Assembly: GCA_044224875.1 (NCBI GenBank)
Contig: JBGAJQ010000011.1
Location: 32,001 to 96,000, forward strand
Direction of reading: 5' to 3'
Length of the DNA: 64,000 nt
Source of the DNA: Gemmatimonadaceae bacterium
Lineage (GTDB): Bacteria; Gemmatimonadota; Gemmatimonadetes; Gemmatimonadales; Gemmatimonadaceae
Positions 20,711-30,305 of the stretch are shown here, piece by piece. The notes beneath the pieces were generated by a model that was given only the letters and a program-made list of their open reading frames with translations, was not told the origin of the DNA and made no database searches. Position 1 is the first letter of the stretch. Each line of letters opens with the position of its first letter. Position numbers and translations under genes: made by a program.

Positions 20711-21976
20711 CTATAGGCCATTCACCTGTGCGCGGCGCCGCTCAAGATAGCGACGCAACCGTGCGTCCGTCGTGAGCGAGGTCGCGCGCGTGAACGCGTC
20801 GTTCGCTTCGCCCAAGCGCCCCGCCTCGGCGAGCAAGTGCGCGCGCGACGCCCACGCAGGCTGGAACCGATTGATTGCCTCCATGTCAATCGCATCCAAC
20901 GCCTGCAATCCGGCCTCCGCCCCGTCGACCCTTCCCACGGCCACGGCATGAGCCACCAGCGCACCTAGAGTCGGTGCGAACGAGAGCAGCGCGCCATGAA
21001 GCGTGCGAAGCGCCACCCAGTCGGTCACGCCAGAATGCGCACGAGCGCAATGGACCGATTGTATCGCGGCCTCGACCTGAAATCGGCCCGCCTGATGAAG
21101 TGTGTTCGCTTGTTGCAGGTAACGCTCGCCACGGGAGATGAGCGCCGCATCCCACCGCGTCGTGTCCTGCTCCTCGAGTGGGACGAACTCCGCGTCGGTG
21201 CCGTGCGCCTCGCGACGAGCGAGGGAAAGTGAGATCATCGCGGCGAGTCCAAGCACTTCGGGCTCACGCGGCAAGAGGTCGGCAAGCAACGTCGTCAAAC
21301 TGTACGCCTCGGCCGCCAGTGATTCACGGCGCTCCGTGCCCGCAACGAGGAAGTCGATCGCGTATGCGCCATAGATCGCCTCGAGGACCGGCGTTAGGCG
21401 TGCTGCCATCTGGTCGCGTTCCGGGATGGCAAACGGAATGCGCGCGTCCCGAATGCGATGCTTCGCACGCACCAGACGCTGGGCCATTGTCGACGTTGGG
21501 ATGACGAAGGCCCGCCCGATCTGCGCGGCATCGAAACCGAGCACCGTCTGCAGCATGAGCGGTGTATGCACCGCGGCGTCGATGGCCGGGTGCGCACACA
21601 CAAAGAGCAGCGCGAGTCTTCGATCCGGGATCGCATCGTCATCGTCCAGTTGCAACGTCGCGGTCCGATTCCCGTGAACGACTTCGTCGAAGGGATCCGC
21701 CAAGCGATGCGCTGCCGACCGCTCACGGTCGCGTCGCTGATTGCGTGCAACCGTCAGCAGCCACGCTTCCGGATTGTCCGGCACGCCCGACGTCGGCCAC
21801 GTGGACAGGGCCCTGGCAAACGCATCGGCGAGACAATCCTCAGCAAACTCGATGTCTCCGTCCTTCGCGGCCAGGATGGCGAGCAGGCGGCAGTACGACA
21901 GGCGGGCCACCTGCTCTGCGCGCAGCGCCACCTCCGACTCGCGAATGGGTGGATGAACGTTTTCGTCGTTCGTCAA
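20711..21976 (-). CDS. ECF sigma factor with long C-terminal extension (ECF42-like, DUF6596)
   Basis: PDNPEAWLLTVARN, DRRLALLFVCAHPA, MAQRLVRAK, QVEAAIQSVH; adjacent DGPF gene. Confidence 0.9.
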   Translation of the reverse strand: MTNDENVHPPIRESEVALRAEQVARLSYCRLLAILAAKDGDIEFAEDCLADAFARALSTWPTSGVPDNPEAWLLTVARNQRRDRERSAAHRLADPFDEVVHGNRTATLQLDDDDAIPDRRLALLFVCAHPAIDAAVHTPLMLQTVLGFDAAQIGRAFVIPTSTMAQRLVRAKHRIRDARIPFAIPERDQMAARLTPVLEAIYGAYAIDFLVAGTERRESLAAEAYSLTTLLADLLPREPEVLGLAAMISLSLARREAHGTDAEFVPLEEQDTTRWDAALISRGERYLQQANTLHQAGRFQVEAAIQSVHCARAHSGVTDWVALRTLHGALLSFAPTLGALVAHAVAVGRVDGAEAGLQALDAIDMEAINRFQPAWASRAHLLAEAGRLGEANDAFTRATSLTTDARLRRYLERRRAQVNGL

Positions 21977-21994
21977 TGCGGCGCCCGATTGAGA

Positions 21995-22372
21995 TCAGTT
22001 CGCGTTGACCCACGCACCCTTGACGAAGCTCTTGGCGGCGGGGCGAATTTCCACCGTGCCCCAGTGTGCTGCCGGACATCGCTCCGCCCACGCTAACGCC
22101 GAGTCGAGATCGGGAACATCCAGCATGAAGATGCCGGCGAACGCTTCTTTGGTGTCGGCGAACGGACCATCCTGCACCTGTAGTGTTCCCTTCTTCATCG
22201 TAACACTCGTGGCATTCTGGATCGTCTGTAGCACCTCCGCGGAGCGCAGGACCCCTGCGTCTTCAAGGGCCTTCGCATATGCCTGAAATGCGGCCATGCC
22301 CGCCTTAATCTCCTCTTCGGAGATGTTCATGACAGCGGGCTGCGGATAGTGAAGGAGCAATGCGTATTTCAT
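21995..22372 (-). CDS. YciI/YCII (DGPF) family protein
   Basis: DGPFADTKE, CPAAHWGTVEIRP; start moved to the ATG at 22372. Confidence 0.92.
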   Translation of the reverse strand: MKYALLLHYPQPAVMNISEEEIKAGMAAFQAYAKALEDAGVLRSAEVLQTIQNATSVTMKKGTLQVQDGPFADTKEAFAGIFMLDVPDLDSALAWAERCPAAHWGTVEIRPAAKSFVKGAWVNAN

Positions 22373-22418
22373 GTTGGAAGTCCTCATTTTGTTGGATGAC
22401 GATCGCGGACATCCGAAT

Positions 22419-22445
22419 GACGGACGAGCGACGTCCGAATCGACA
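22419..22445 (-). promoter_or_regulatory. ECF42-type promoter TGTCGA-N17-CGTC
   Basis: Minus strand tgtcgattcggacgtcgctcgtccgtc upstream of the DGPF gene, matching the known ECF42 consensus. Confidence 0.7.
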
Positions 22446-22586
22446 GGGTGCGAACCCAAGACGTGTCGCCCAAACCAACTCAACGGTCGGGAATATCCGC
22501 TGTCCGGTCCGCCTGTCGCGAGGAAGGGGCCCGTCAGCTTCACAGGGACTGCACAGCGTGCCCGGGAAGCGCCCGGCCCTTCGGCC

Positions 22587-22624
22587 TTGCGCCGGCGCGA
22601 TTTCACTTTATACTGCAAAGTACA
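22587..22624 (+). promoter_or_regulatory. Sigma70-like promoter (TTGCGC-N16-TATACT) overlapped by operator ACTTT-N7-AAAGT
   Basis: Reverse complement tgtactttgcagtataaagtg matches tgtactttgcgatacaaagcg at 56678-56698. Confidence 0.65.
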
Positions 22625-22783
22625 TCCGACCACGGGTGTTTTCCCAGCGGCCGTGTCGGCGATCCCGTCGCCCGGTGCCAGGATTGTTGACTCTCGACAG
22701 CCCAATGCGACGCGAGTGAGAATCGTCTCTTGCATCACGCCAAACGTTCGATCAGACGCACCCTGCGACACAAGGAGTAGGTC

Positions 22784-23269
22784 GTGAAGCGATTGCTGAG
22801 ACGCCTGCGTGGCGTCGTGGGGATGGGGCTGCTGTGGGCGGCGGGAATGGCGGGGGTCGGCGGGGTGATCGAGTTGTTGGCCAACGTCTTGCCCGGTGGC
22901 TTTCCAATGGCCGCCGCTGTCGACATGTGGCCGCAGACCTTGGCGATCATTGGATTCATCGGCGGCACGCTGTTCGCCGTCGTCCTGGGAATCGCTGAGG
23001 GTCGGCGACGATTCGACGAACTGTCGCTGCCGCGCTTTACTGCGTGGGGGGCGGTGGCGGGCTTGCTTCTGGGTCTTCGCCCTGTGCTGCTCGGAGCGCC
23101 CGTCTTTTTTCTTGGCGTCACCACACTTGGCAGCGCGTTTGCCGCGGCCTGCTCCCTCGCACTCGCCAGACGCGCCGATGATCGCGAGCTACTTGCCGCG
23201 CATGCCGACGTAGAACAGGTCGGATTGACTGACGCCGAAGCACGTCAGTTACTCGGACCGCGGAAGTAA
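22784..23269 (+). CDS. Uncharacterised four-TM membrane protein (paralog of 56776..57270)
   Basis: RBS aaggag; RRLRGVVGMGLLW, WGAVAG, LALARRA...VGLTDAEARQLLG. Confidence 0.85.
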   Translation: MKRLLRRLRGVVGMGLLWAAGMAGVGGVIELLANVLPGGFPMAAAVDMWPQTLAIIGFIGGTLFAVVLGIAEGRRRFDELSLPRFTAWGAVAGLLLGLRPVLLGAPVFFLGVTTLGSAFAAACSLALARRADDRELLAAHADVEQVGLTDAEARQLLGPRK

Positions 23270-23288
23270 CACGGTCGCTCGTTGCCAC

Positions 23289-25205
23289 GTGACGCTCCCC
23301 ACCACCGAATTCCTCGAACTGCAAGCGGCGCTCGCTGGCGAGTACTCACTCCAGCGTGAGCTCGGTCGTGGTGGCATGGGCGTCGTGTATCTGGCACGCG
23401 ACGTACAGCTCGATCGTGACGTCGCGATCAAGGTGCTGCCGGGCCACCTCGCGAGCATGCCGTCCGCGCGCGAGCGCTTTCTCCGCGAGGCACGCATGGC
23501 GGCGGGCCTTTCGCATCCTCACATCGTCCCGATCCATCGCGTCAGCGAACAAGCCGGTTTCGTGTTCTTCGTCATGAGCTATATCGACGGAGAAACACTC
23601 GGCGAGCGACTTCGAACTCACGGCCCGCTCCCCGCTGCCGATGCGACGCGTGTGCTGCGCGAGGTCGCATGGGCGCTCGCGTACGCGCATGGTCGCGGCA
23701 TTGTGCATCGAGACGTAAAGCCGGACAACATCTTGTTGGAGGCGGGCTCTGGTCGAGCGCTCGTCACCGACTTCGGCATCGCGCATAACGGTGACGACGT
23801 CACGTCCACGACTGACCCGGGGAAGGTGATGGGAACGGCTCATTTCATGAGCCCCGAACAAGCGGCGGGTGAGACCATCGACGGGCGCAGCGACATCTAT
23901 GCGCTTGGGGTGGTCGGGTACCTCGCCGTCAGCGGCCAGTTCCCGTTCGACTCAGCCACATCGGGAACGCGCCTGTTGCAGCCGTCGGCTGGCACCACAC
24001 CGAACGTCATGCGCGTCGCTCCGGGACTCCCAACGGCCCTCGCAGAGACGATCAATCAATGCCTCGCGTACGAGCCGGCTGATCGCTTTGCGGACGGGGA
24101 GGCGCTGGCGGGGGCCTTGGCGCCAGCGCTCGATGTGCGCCCGGCGCTACCGACGACCCTGCGTGCGTGGCTCGCCGCGCGAAATCCGTTGATTGTTCCG
24201 TACATGGCGTGGTCGGGTGGCTTTGGCGCACTGACGCTCGTGAATCTCGTAGTCTGGTTGGCCGGTCAGCGTCCGGCAGGTCCCGCGGACATCGTGCTCC
24301 TCGGCGCCATCACTGCGGCGCCGCTTGTCCCGGTGGTCGGCTTTCACGTCAATCAGGCACTGCGGCAATTCCGTGCGGGCCACACCCTCGTCGAGCTCCG
24401 AGCGGCGATGGAGGTCGAACGCAGGGAGCGTGCGGAAACTGAGGCCGTTGTCGAAAGAGCCGTTGAGCCGAAAGCGCACCGTGTGCTTCGAATGGCGACC
24501 ATCGCCGCGGCAAGTTGGCTCGCCACGTCCTTTGTGTTGCTGGTGTCGGGTCTCGCGCACGAACGGGACCATAGCATGTTGCTCATCATAGGGCCGGGAC
24601 TCAGCACGTTGGCGCTGGGCGCCGCGAGCAATGCGCTCGACGTCCAGTTCATCCCCACACGGCTCAAAAAGTGGTGGCAGACAGGGATTCGCAATCGGCT
24701 ATGGAGCGGGCGGTTGGGTGAGTGGCTCGCGCGACGACTTGGGGCACCTGAACGGTCGACGTTGACCGCGTCCGCGTTTCGGGCGACGGAGGTCGCGCTC
24801 GGCGTTGCCGCGTCGGAGCTCTTTGCTTCGTTGCCCACGACGTACCAGGAACAGCTGGCGGAGCTGCCGTCTGTCGTTGCAACGCTGGAGGCGCGGGCAG
24901 CGGAGGCACGCGCCGAGTTGGAGCTGTCGGCACTCGGCCCATCGGGGCCTGACGATGCGCCCGTGGTGGCGGTACGACGGAAGGAAGCCGCCGCGCGCCT
25001 GGCCCAGACGGTGGCTGCGTTGGAGAGCATTCGACTGGACCTCCTGCGCCTCCGCGCGGGCGCCGTTGACCTGGCGCCGATCACGACGTTGATGGATGCG
25101 GCCCGTGCGATCGGCGATGACGTGAGTCGACTTGCCGAGGCGCAGAAGGAAGTTGAAGCGGCAACGCGACGGCCCGGGAGCGCCAGCACCTCCACGCCCG
25201 CGTAG
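23289..25205 (+). CDS. Ser/Thr protein kinase with four TM segments and a helical C-terminal domain
   Basis: GRGGMG, VAIK, HRDVKPDN, DFG, GTAHFMSPE. Confidence 0.95.
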   Translation: MTLPTTEFLELQAALAGEYSLQRELGRGGMGVVYLARDVQLDRDVAIKVLPGHLASMPSARERFLREARMAAGLSHPHIVPIHRVSEQAGFVFFVMSYIDGETLGERLRTHGPLPAADATRVLREVAWALAYAHGRGIVHRDVKPDNILLEAGSGRALVTDFGIAHNGDDVTSTTDPGKVMGTAHFMSPEQAAGETIDGRSDIYALGVVGYLAVSGQFPFDSATSGTRLLQPSAGTTPNVMRVAPGLPTALAETINQCLAYEPADRFADGEALAGALAPALDVRPALPTTLRAWLAARNPLIVPYMAWSGGFGALTLVNLVVWLAGQRPAGPADIVLLGAITAAPLVPVVGFHVNQALRQFRAGHTLVELRAAMEVERRERAETEAVVERAVEPKAHRVLRMATIAAASWLATSFVLLVSGLAHERDHSMLLIIGPGLSTLALGAASNALDVQFIPTRLKKWWQTGIRNRLWSGRLGEWLARRLGAPERSTLTASAFRATEVALGVAASELFASLPTTYQEQLAELPSVVATLEARAAEARAELELSALGPSGPDDAPVVAVRRKEAAARLAQTVAALESIRLDLLRLRAGAVDLAPITTLMDAARAIGDDVSRLAEAQKEVEAATRRPGSASTSTPA

Positions 25206-25258
25206 CATATTCGGACGGCCTAACGCGGACACGTGCGACTGCCGTGACGCGAGGGCAC

Positions 25259-25287
25259 TTGCGCCGCATGCAGTCGATGGATATTAA
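25259..25287 (+). promoter_or_regulatory. Candidate sigma70 promoter TTGCGC-N17-TATTAA
   Basis: Spacing and position upstream of the beta-barrel gene. Confidence 0.4.
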
Positions 25288-25338
25288 TTCTGCATCCGCT
25301 ATGCAGCTTACTGCAGACGACTCAACTCCGGAGGAACC

Positions 25339-25950
25339 GTGAGGATCCGAACTGCGGTCGCGATGTCACTCATCCTGGCTGGCGTGGTTCACGCGACGGG
25401 CGCGCAGGCGCAGGGCGCGACGAAATCACGAACGAAGGGGTTCTTTCTCGGCGCTGGGTTGGAAGGCGCTTCGCAGTCGGTCGAAGACAGCAACACCGAA
25501 TCGGGAGCTGGTGCGGGTCTCACGCTTGGGTACGGATTCAACAAGACATGGGCCCTGTTCGTGAACGCGGGCGGCGCCTCCATCGATTCCGACGAAATCG
25601 GAAGCTACACACTGGGCCACGGCGACCTTGGGGTACGCGTTTCCTTCCGGTCCGGCCCGAATCAGGTCGTGCCCTACATTGTTGGAGCTGTCAGCGGACG
25701 CACGGCGAAGGTCGACTTCGTTGACGACCTGGGTGACTCGCACAGTGCCGATGTCAACGGAACCGGATTCACGCTTGGAGCCGGCTTGAACGTCTTCTTC
25801 AATCCGTCGGTGGCGCTCGATCTCCACTACCTATATACGGGCGGTGCGTACGACGAGGTCAAGTTCAATAACGTGACCATCTCCGGCCTCGACGCCAAAG
25901 CGCAAACGGGCCGGTTCCGGATCGGGGTGAACTGGTTCGTTGGCAAGTAG
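25339..25950 (+). CDS. Outer-membrane beta-barrel protein (OmpA/OmpW-like)
   Basis: RBS ggagg; signal peptide, alternating beta-strands, C-terminal RIGVNWF. Confidence 0.9.
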   Translation: MRIRTAVAMSLILAGVVHATGAQAQGATKSRTKGFFLGAGLEGASQSVEDSNTESGAGAGLTLGYGFNKTWALFVNAGGASIDSDEIGSYTLGHGDLGVRVSFRSGPNQVVPYIVGAVSGRTAKVDFVDDLGDSHSADVNGTGFTLGAGLNVFFNPSVALDLHYLYTGGAYDEVKFNNVTISGLDAKAQTGRFRIGVNWFVGK

Positions 25951-26135
25951 GTGCAGCTGCCGGCGTAGGCGATCGCGTGCACACGTGCCTCATGCCGAGA
26001 ATGGTGGCGCGGTACCATGACCATGTCCGCGCAAGGCACTATGACGCGTCGCCACCTCGCGAGCTAGGCGCCGTACTCCAGTGATTGCCGACGACGCATC
26101 GCAGGACCCTGTCCAGCATGCGCGAAGAATCGACC

Positions 26136-28409
26136 TCACTCCGGGGATGGGGGCCCGAGTGCGATCACGTCGGCCAGTCGCCGACCAACCACATGTGAGA
26201 GCTGGATGGCGTATAGCGGCGACATGTGACTCTGGTCGCGGTAGGCGATGGTGCTGCCGATGATCACCGGGCACTGACCCCGCGCGCAAAACCACTGGGA
26301 CGTCGAGAGAAAGTACGCGCCACGCATCTCGACCAACTGTCTGACCTTTCCCAATGCCGTGGTCAGCGCGGTGTCGACAGCGGTCGAACAACCGGCGACG
26401 GTCGATCCGGCCGCCGTAAGGCAGTCCGCGGGCGGTTGATCCTGATACGGTATGTCTTCGAACACGACGGTCCGTGCGCTGAGCGGCACCAGCGCGTGCA
26501 GTTGCGCCTCTAGCCCAGCGTACACGCCTTGGGAGCCACCACCATAGCCGCTCTGCAGCGATCGGCTGTAGAACTCTGAAAGAACGATCACATCTGGATG
26601 CAACGTCTTGAGTTGCTCGACTGCCCATGCGAACCACTCCACACACGGAGCACGCGCCCCCCCGACGACTCCGGTGCCCCACGCGACGCCAGCCGCGGTA
26701 CACCCCTCCTTGAACATCGGCACGATGTCCCAACGATGGCCTCCCGCTACCCGCAACAGTGCGGGCATCCACATCTTGGCGTGAGAATCGCCGAACACAA
26801 CGATCGTTTGCGTGGGATTGTCCGCACCCAGATGGCAGATGCTCGATGAGGTTCGGCGATGCGCGGTTGCCCCGCACTTCCTTGGCACGAAATCGTTCAT
26901 CCGCAGGTCAAAGAGTGGCGGCATCAATCCGTTAGGCACCAGGCCAGCAAGCCGCTCCGGATCGGCGCTCGCTGTCACGACGGCCATTGCGGGATCCGCC
27001 TCCCCTTCCCCCGCGGGTTCCGCGCCCGATCGGGTCTGGACGTCGCGCGAACTGTCGCCACTCCACACGAACGGCGGGCTCACCCGCGCGTTCTGGTGAA
27101 AGCGGGCCACCAAGGCGCCCTTCACGGTTCGTGTGCCGGTCACCGCCACGATGAGCCCTGCCGCGATGGCCACTGGCCACACGGCGAGTGCAGCAGACGG
27201 CCGCGCCAGCCATCGCCCGTGATGCAACGGGTACTCGTAGTACTTGTACGTGACGACGCTGATCGCAAACGCCACCGTCAGCCACGCGAGACTGGCAGCG
27301 ACCGAGAGTGGCGTCCCCGCGTGTTGCGCCGCGATCGTCAACACGGGCCAGTGCCACAGATAGAAGGAGTACGACGCATCCCCAACCACGGTGAGTGGAG
27401 TTCTCTCAAGGAGTCGGCCGGCACCCCATGGATGTCCGCCCCCAATCCCTCCCATCACGATCAACGCCGCTCCCAACACGGGCAACGCCGCCGCAAACCC
27501 GGGGAAAGGCGTTGCGCCAGTGAAGGTCATGACGCTCACTCCAATCGCGGCCATTCCTGCCCAACTCGCCATCGCGCGAATGCGCGTGGGGATGCGCCCG
27601 AGCCATGCGCTCGCGATGGCGACCAGACTCCCGACTCCCAGCTCCCAGCTTCGGGTGAACGTGGAGAAGTACGCCATCTCGTGATTGTGAGCGGTGCTGC
27701 GCAGGCTCCATGCGAACGACAGCAGGACGAGCACGCCCACCACAAGACCCAGGCGCCTAACGAGCCATTCCGAGGACGCAGTATCCGCCTGCGGCGACTC
27801 GTTCTCACCTCGGTCGCGCCAGCCGCGGGCTCGACGTCGCAATACGTACAGGAGGCCGAGAACGATCGCTGGCCACACGAGGTAGAACTGCTCTTCCACG
27901 GCGAGCGACCAATAGTGCTGGAACGGCGACGCCGGCCGCGACCCGTCAAAGTAGTCCACTCGTAGCCGCGCGAAGTATACGTTGGCCGAGAAGAAGGTGG
28001 CCCAGATCGAGTCCCGATAGGCGCCGAGCGCTCTCACCGGGTTCAAGAACGCCGACGCGGCCAGCACCGTGAGCACGGTATTCAGTGTGGCCAACGGGAG
28101 GATGCGTCGCGCGCGGCCTGCGTAGAACTCCCGGAACGGCATGCGCTCGGCGCCCAATCCGCGACGGACGAGCCACCCCGTGATGAGAAATCCCGATATC
28201 ACGAAGAACACGTCGACGCCAACGTATCCGCCCTTCATACCAGGGACCTTCGCATGGCTGAGGGCGACGACGAGGACGGCAATCGCACGGAGTCCCTGAA
28301 TGTCACGCCGGTGACCGGAAACGCGCGTCGGCGTTTCCACGTCGCGCGCATTACTGGGCGCGTCGGCGCCAAGTACGCCTTGAGTAACTGGAGTTGCAAG
28401 TTGCACCAT
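26136..28409 (-). CDS. Acyltransferase-3 + SGNH O-acetyltransferase (OafA/OatA-like)
   Basis: DIQGLRAIAV, GVDVFFVISGFLIT, HYWSLAVEEQFY, GDSHA, DQSH. Confidence 0.93.
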   Translation of the reverse strand: MVQLATPVTQGVLGADAPSNARDVETPTRVSGHRRDIQGLRAIAVLVVALSHAKVPGMKGGYVGVDVFFVISGFLITGWLVRRGLGAERMPFREFYAGRARRILPLATLNTVLTVLAASAFLNPVRALGAYRDSIWATFFSANVYFARLRVDYFDGSRPASPFQHYWSLAVEEQFYLVWPAIVLGLLYVLRRRARGWRDRGENESPQADTASSEWLVRRLGLVVGVLVLLSFAWSLRSTAHNHEMAYFSTFTRSWELGVGSLVAIASAWLGRIPTRIRAMASWAGMAAIGVSVMTFTGATPFPGFAAALPVLGAALIVMGGIGGGHPWGAGRLLERTPLTVVGDASYSFYLWHWPVLTIAAQHAGTPLSVAASLAWLTVAFAISVVTYKYYEYPLHHGRWLARPSAALAVWPVAIAAGLIVAVTGTRTVKGALVARFHQNARVSPPFVWSGDSSRDVQTRSGAEPAGEGEADPAMAVVTASADPERLAGLVPNGLMPPLFDLRMNDFVPRKCGATAHRRTSSSICHLGADNPTQTIVVFGDSHAKMWMPALLRVAGGHRWDIVPMFKEGCTAAGVAWGTGVVGGARAPCVEWFAWAVEQLKTLHPDVIVLSEFYSRSLQSGYGGGSQGVYAGLEAQLHALVPLSARTVVFEDIPYQDQPPADCLTAAGSTVAGCSTAVDTALTTALGKVRQLVEMRGAYFLSTSQWFCARGQCPVIIGSTIAYRDQSHMSPLYAIQLSHVVGRRLADVIALGPPSPE

Positions 28410-28749
28410 GACTCCGCCCCCGCTCTTCCCTGACGTGCCGCACGTGTTGCGACTGACGGACGCGCCAAGGTCGGCATGCAACCGCTGACCTGTCGAATCG
28501 GCCCGCTCGCTGGCCGCGAGCGTTGCTCGGCGGAAGCATTCGACATGCGGCGCCCATCCGTCAAGGGGCGTGCCAACGCACAGTGTCGTTATGCTTCAGC
28601 TTGCCTAACGATCTCGACTATGCAAGATCCGGGGATCGCGCGCTGCAATCTCTTCCTTGGTACCTAACGAGCTCAGGTGCGATATCTGAGATGTCCCGCG
28701 AGCCCGGTCACACGGATGCTCCACAGGTGAATGACAACCGGAGCGCGTG

Positions 28750-29532
28750 TTACTTCAGGCCGAGCGTCCGGTTCTGCGCCAGGCGTGTGACGGCCTCTCG
28801 CAGCCGACGCTCGCGCGTCTCGGGTCTCTTGGCGAGCATGATCCACCCCACGTATTGGCGTCGATGCGATGGTGCCAAGCCGTTGAAGTACTCCCACGCC
28901 TTCCGGTTCGCTCGCAGCGCGCGAGTGATGAACGCCGGCGTGTCGCTCGACTGGCCCGAACCGTGTTCGAGGAGCGCGATCACCTCTTGCAGTCGCTTCT
29001 CGCGAGTCTCTTCCGTCCGGGCTTCCGTGATGAGTCGGAGATATGCCCGTCGCCTTGCCGGCGTCAGTGCCTGGAAATTGCGCCACGCCCTGTCATGCAG
29101 GGCCAACTTTCGCTCCATGCGCCGCGCGACCGCGTCAGTATCTGACGGCGGTGCGCTATCTACTTCTGGAGCGACGGCCGGCGCCTTGGCGAGACCCGCT
29201 TGGGTCATGCGACCTTCGTGGATCAATTTCCGTAGTCGCGTCTTGTTGAGCTCCGACCATTTGGAGTCGATGCGCCGAGGCGTGAACTTCTGGGCGTAGG
29301 TCGCATCGTCCACCCGGCGGATGATGCTGTCGATCCAGCCGAAGCAGAGGGCCTCCTCCACGGCTTCGACATATGAGACAGACGGCCGTCCAGTGTGCTT
29401 CTTGAAGAAGCGGAGCCAGATCTCCGTGCCTGACAGGTGGTGTTTCGCCAGCCATGCCCGCCACTGGCTGCGATCCGCAAAGGCGCGCATCGCCTGCGTG
29501 CTTACCACACGTTTCTTCGCACGAGCCGACAT
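28750..29532 (-). CDS. YdeI/OmpD-associated family protein with a duplicated C-terminal domain
   Basis: EALCFGWIDS, FTPRR.DSKWS; two copies of an F..L.P..RR.Y...I..A...ETRE.RL domain. Confidence 0.9.
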   Translation of the reverse strand: MSARAKKRVVSTQAMRAFADRSQWRAWLAKHHLSGTEIWLRFFKKHTGRPSVSYVEAVEEALCFGWIDSIIRRVDDATYAQKFTPRRIDSKWSELNKTRLRKLIHEGRMTQAGLAKAPAVAPEVDSAPPSDTDAVARRMERKLALHDRAWRNFQALTPARRRAYLRLITEARTEETREKRLQEVIALLEHGSGQSSDTPAFITRALRANRKAWEYFNGLAPSHRRQYVGWIMLAKRPETRERRLREAVTRLAQNRTLGLK

Positions 29533-29538
29533 CGCCAG

Positions 29539-30102
29539 CTACAATCGCACGTCGTAACGCAACTCCACCATCCCATTCTTGTAGGCTTTCGCTTCCGCCA
29601 GGTGCAGCGCGACGTCCCTGTCCAGCTTGTCGAAGAATGGAATGCCCTCACCGATCAGGACTGGGAGGATGGAGTATCGTACCTCGTCGGCCAGTCCTCG
29701 TCGAAGGCACTCGCCGGAAACCGCGCCCCCTCCCGCAAACCAAATCGTGCGATACGAGGGTCGCAACCGCTCATTGACCAAATCGGCCAGATCGCCCGCA
29801 TAGAACTCCACCGTGTCTCGCGTCCGCGGCAAGGTGCGACGTGTCAGTACGAAAGTTGGCTTATCGCCGTATGCCCATCCGAATCCCTTGGCCTCGAAGC
29901 CCAGCGCCGTCTCGTAGGTCCGTGACCCCATGACGTAACAGTCGATGGTCTTGAGGAACGCCTCCACGAAGCCCGGGTCCATCGTGGCGCCGCCGGGGAA
30001 CTCGTCCGACGTCTCGAGCCAGTCGACGCGCCCGTCTCGACGCGCGATGAATCCGTCAAGGCTCGCTGCCATGTGGATCGTTACGCGAGATGTGTGTGCC
30101 AT
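29539..30102 (-). CDS. Dihydrofolate reductase-like (RibD C-terminal) protein
   Basis: AASLDGFIA, MGSRTYE, PVLIGEGIPFF. Confidence 0.9.
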   Translation of the reverse strand: MAHTSRVTIHMAASLDGFIARRDGRVDWLETSDEFPGGATMDPGFVEAFLKTIDCYVMGSRTYETALGFEAKGFGWAYGDKPTFVLTRRTLPRTRDTVEFYAGDLADLVNERLRPSYRTIWFAGGGAVSGECLRRGLADEVRYSILPVLIGEGIPFFDKLDRDVALHLAEAKAYKNGMVELRYDVRL

Positions 30103-30305
30103 GGCGTGCAATTTCTCGCTCGGAATGAACTCGTGCCAGCCGTTGACCATGCCGCCAGTCGAGCCATGGCGACTCGCACTCCGAAGCCGTGCGATCTCGA
30201 CGGGCGACGGCGGAGACGCGGCTGGCGGACGCGCGATATGGTCGCGTGAGCCGAAAACTCGCTGCCTTGCGCCTGAGGAGGTGGACCTCTCTCGGCGAGC
30301 TGACC

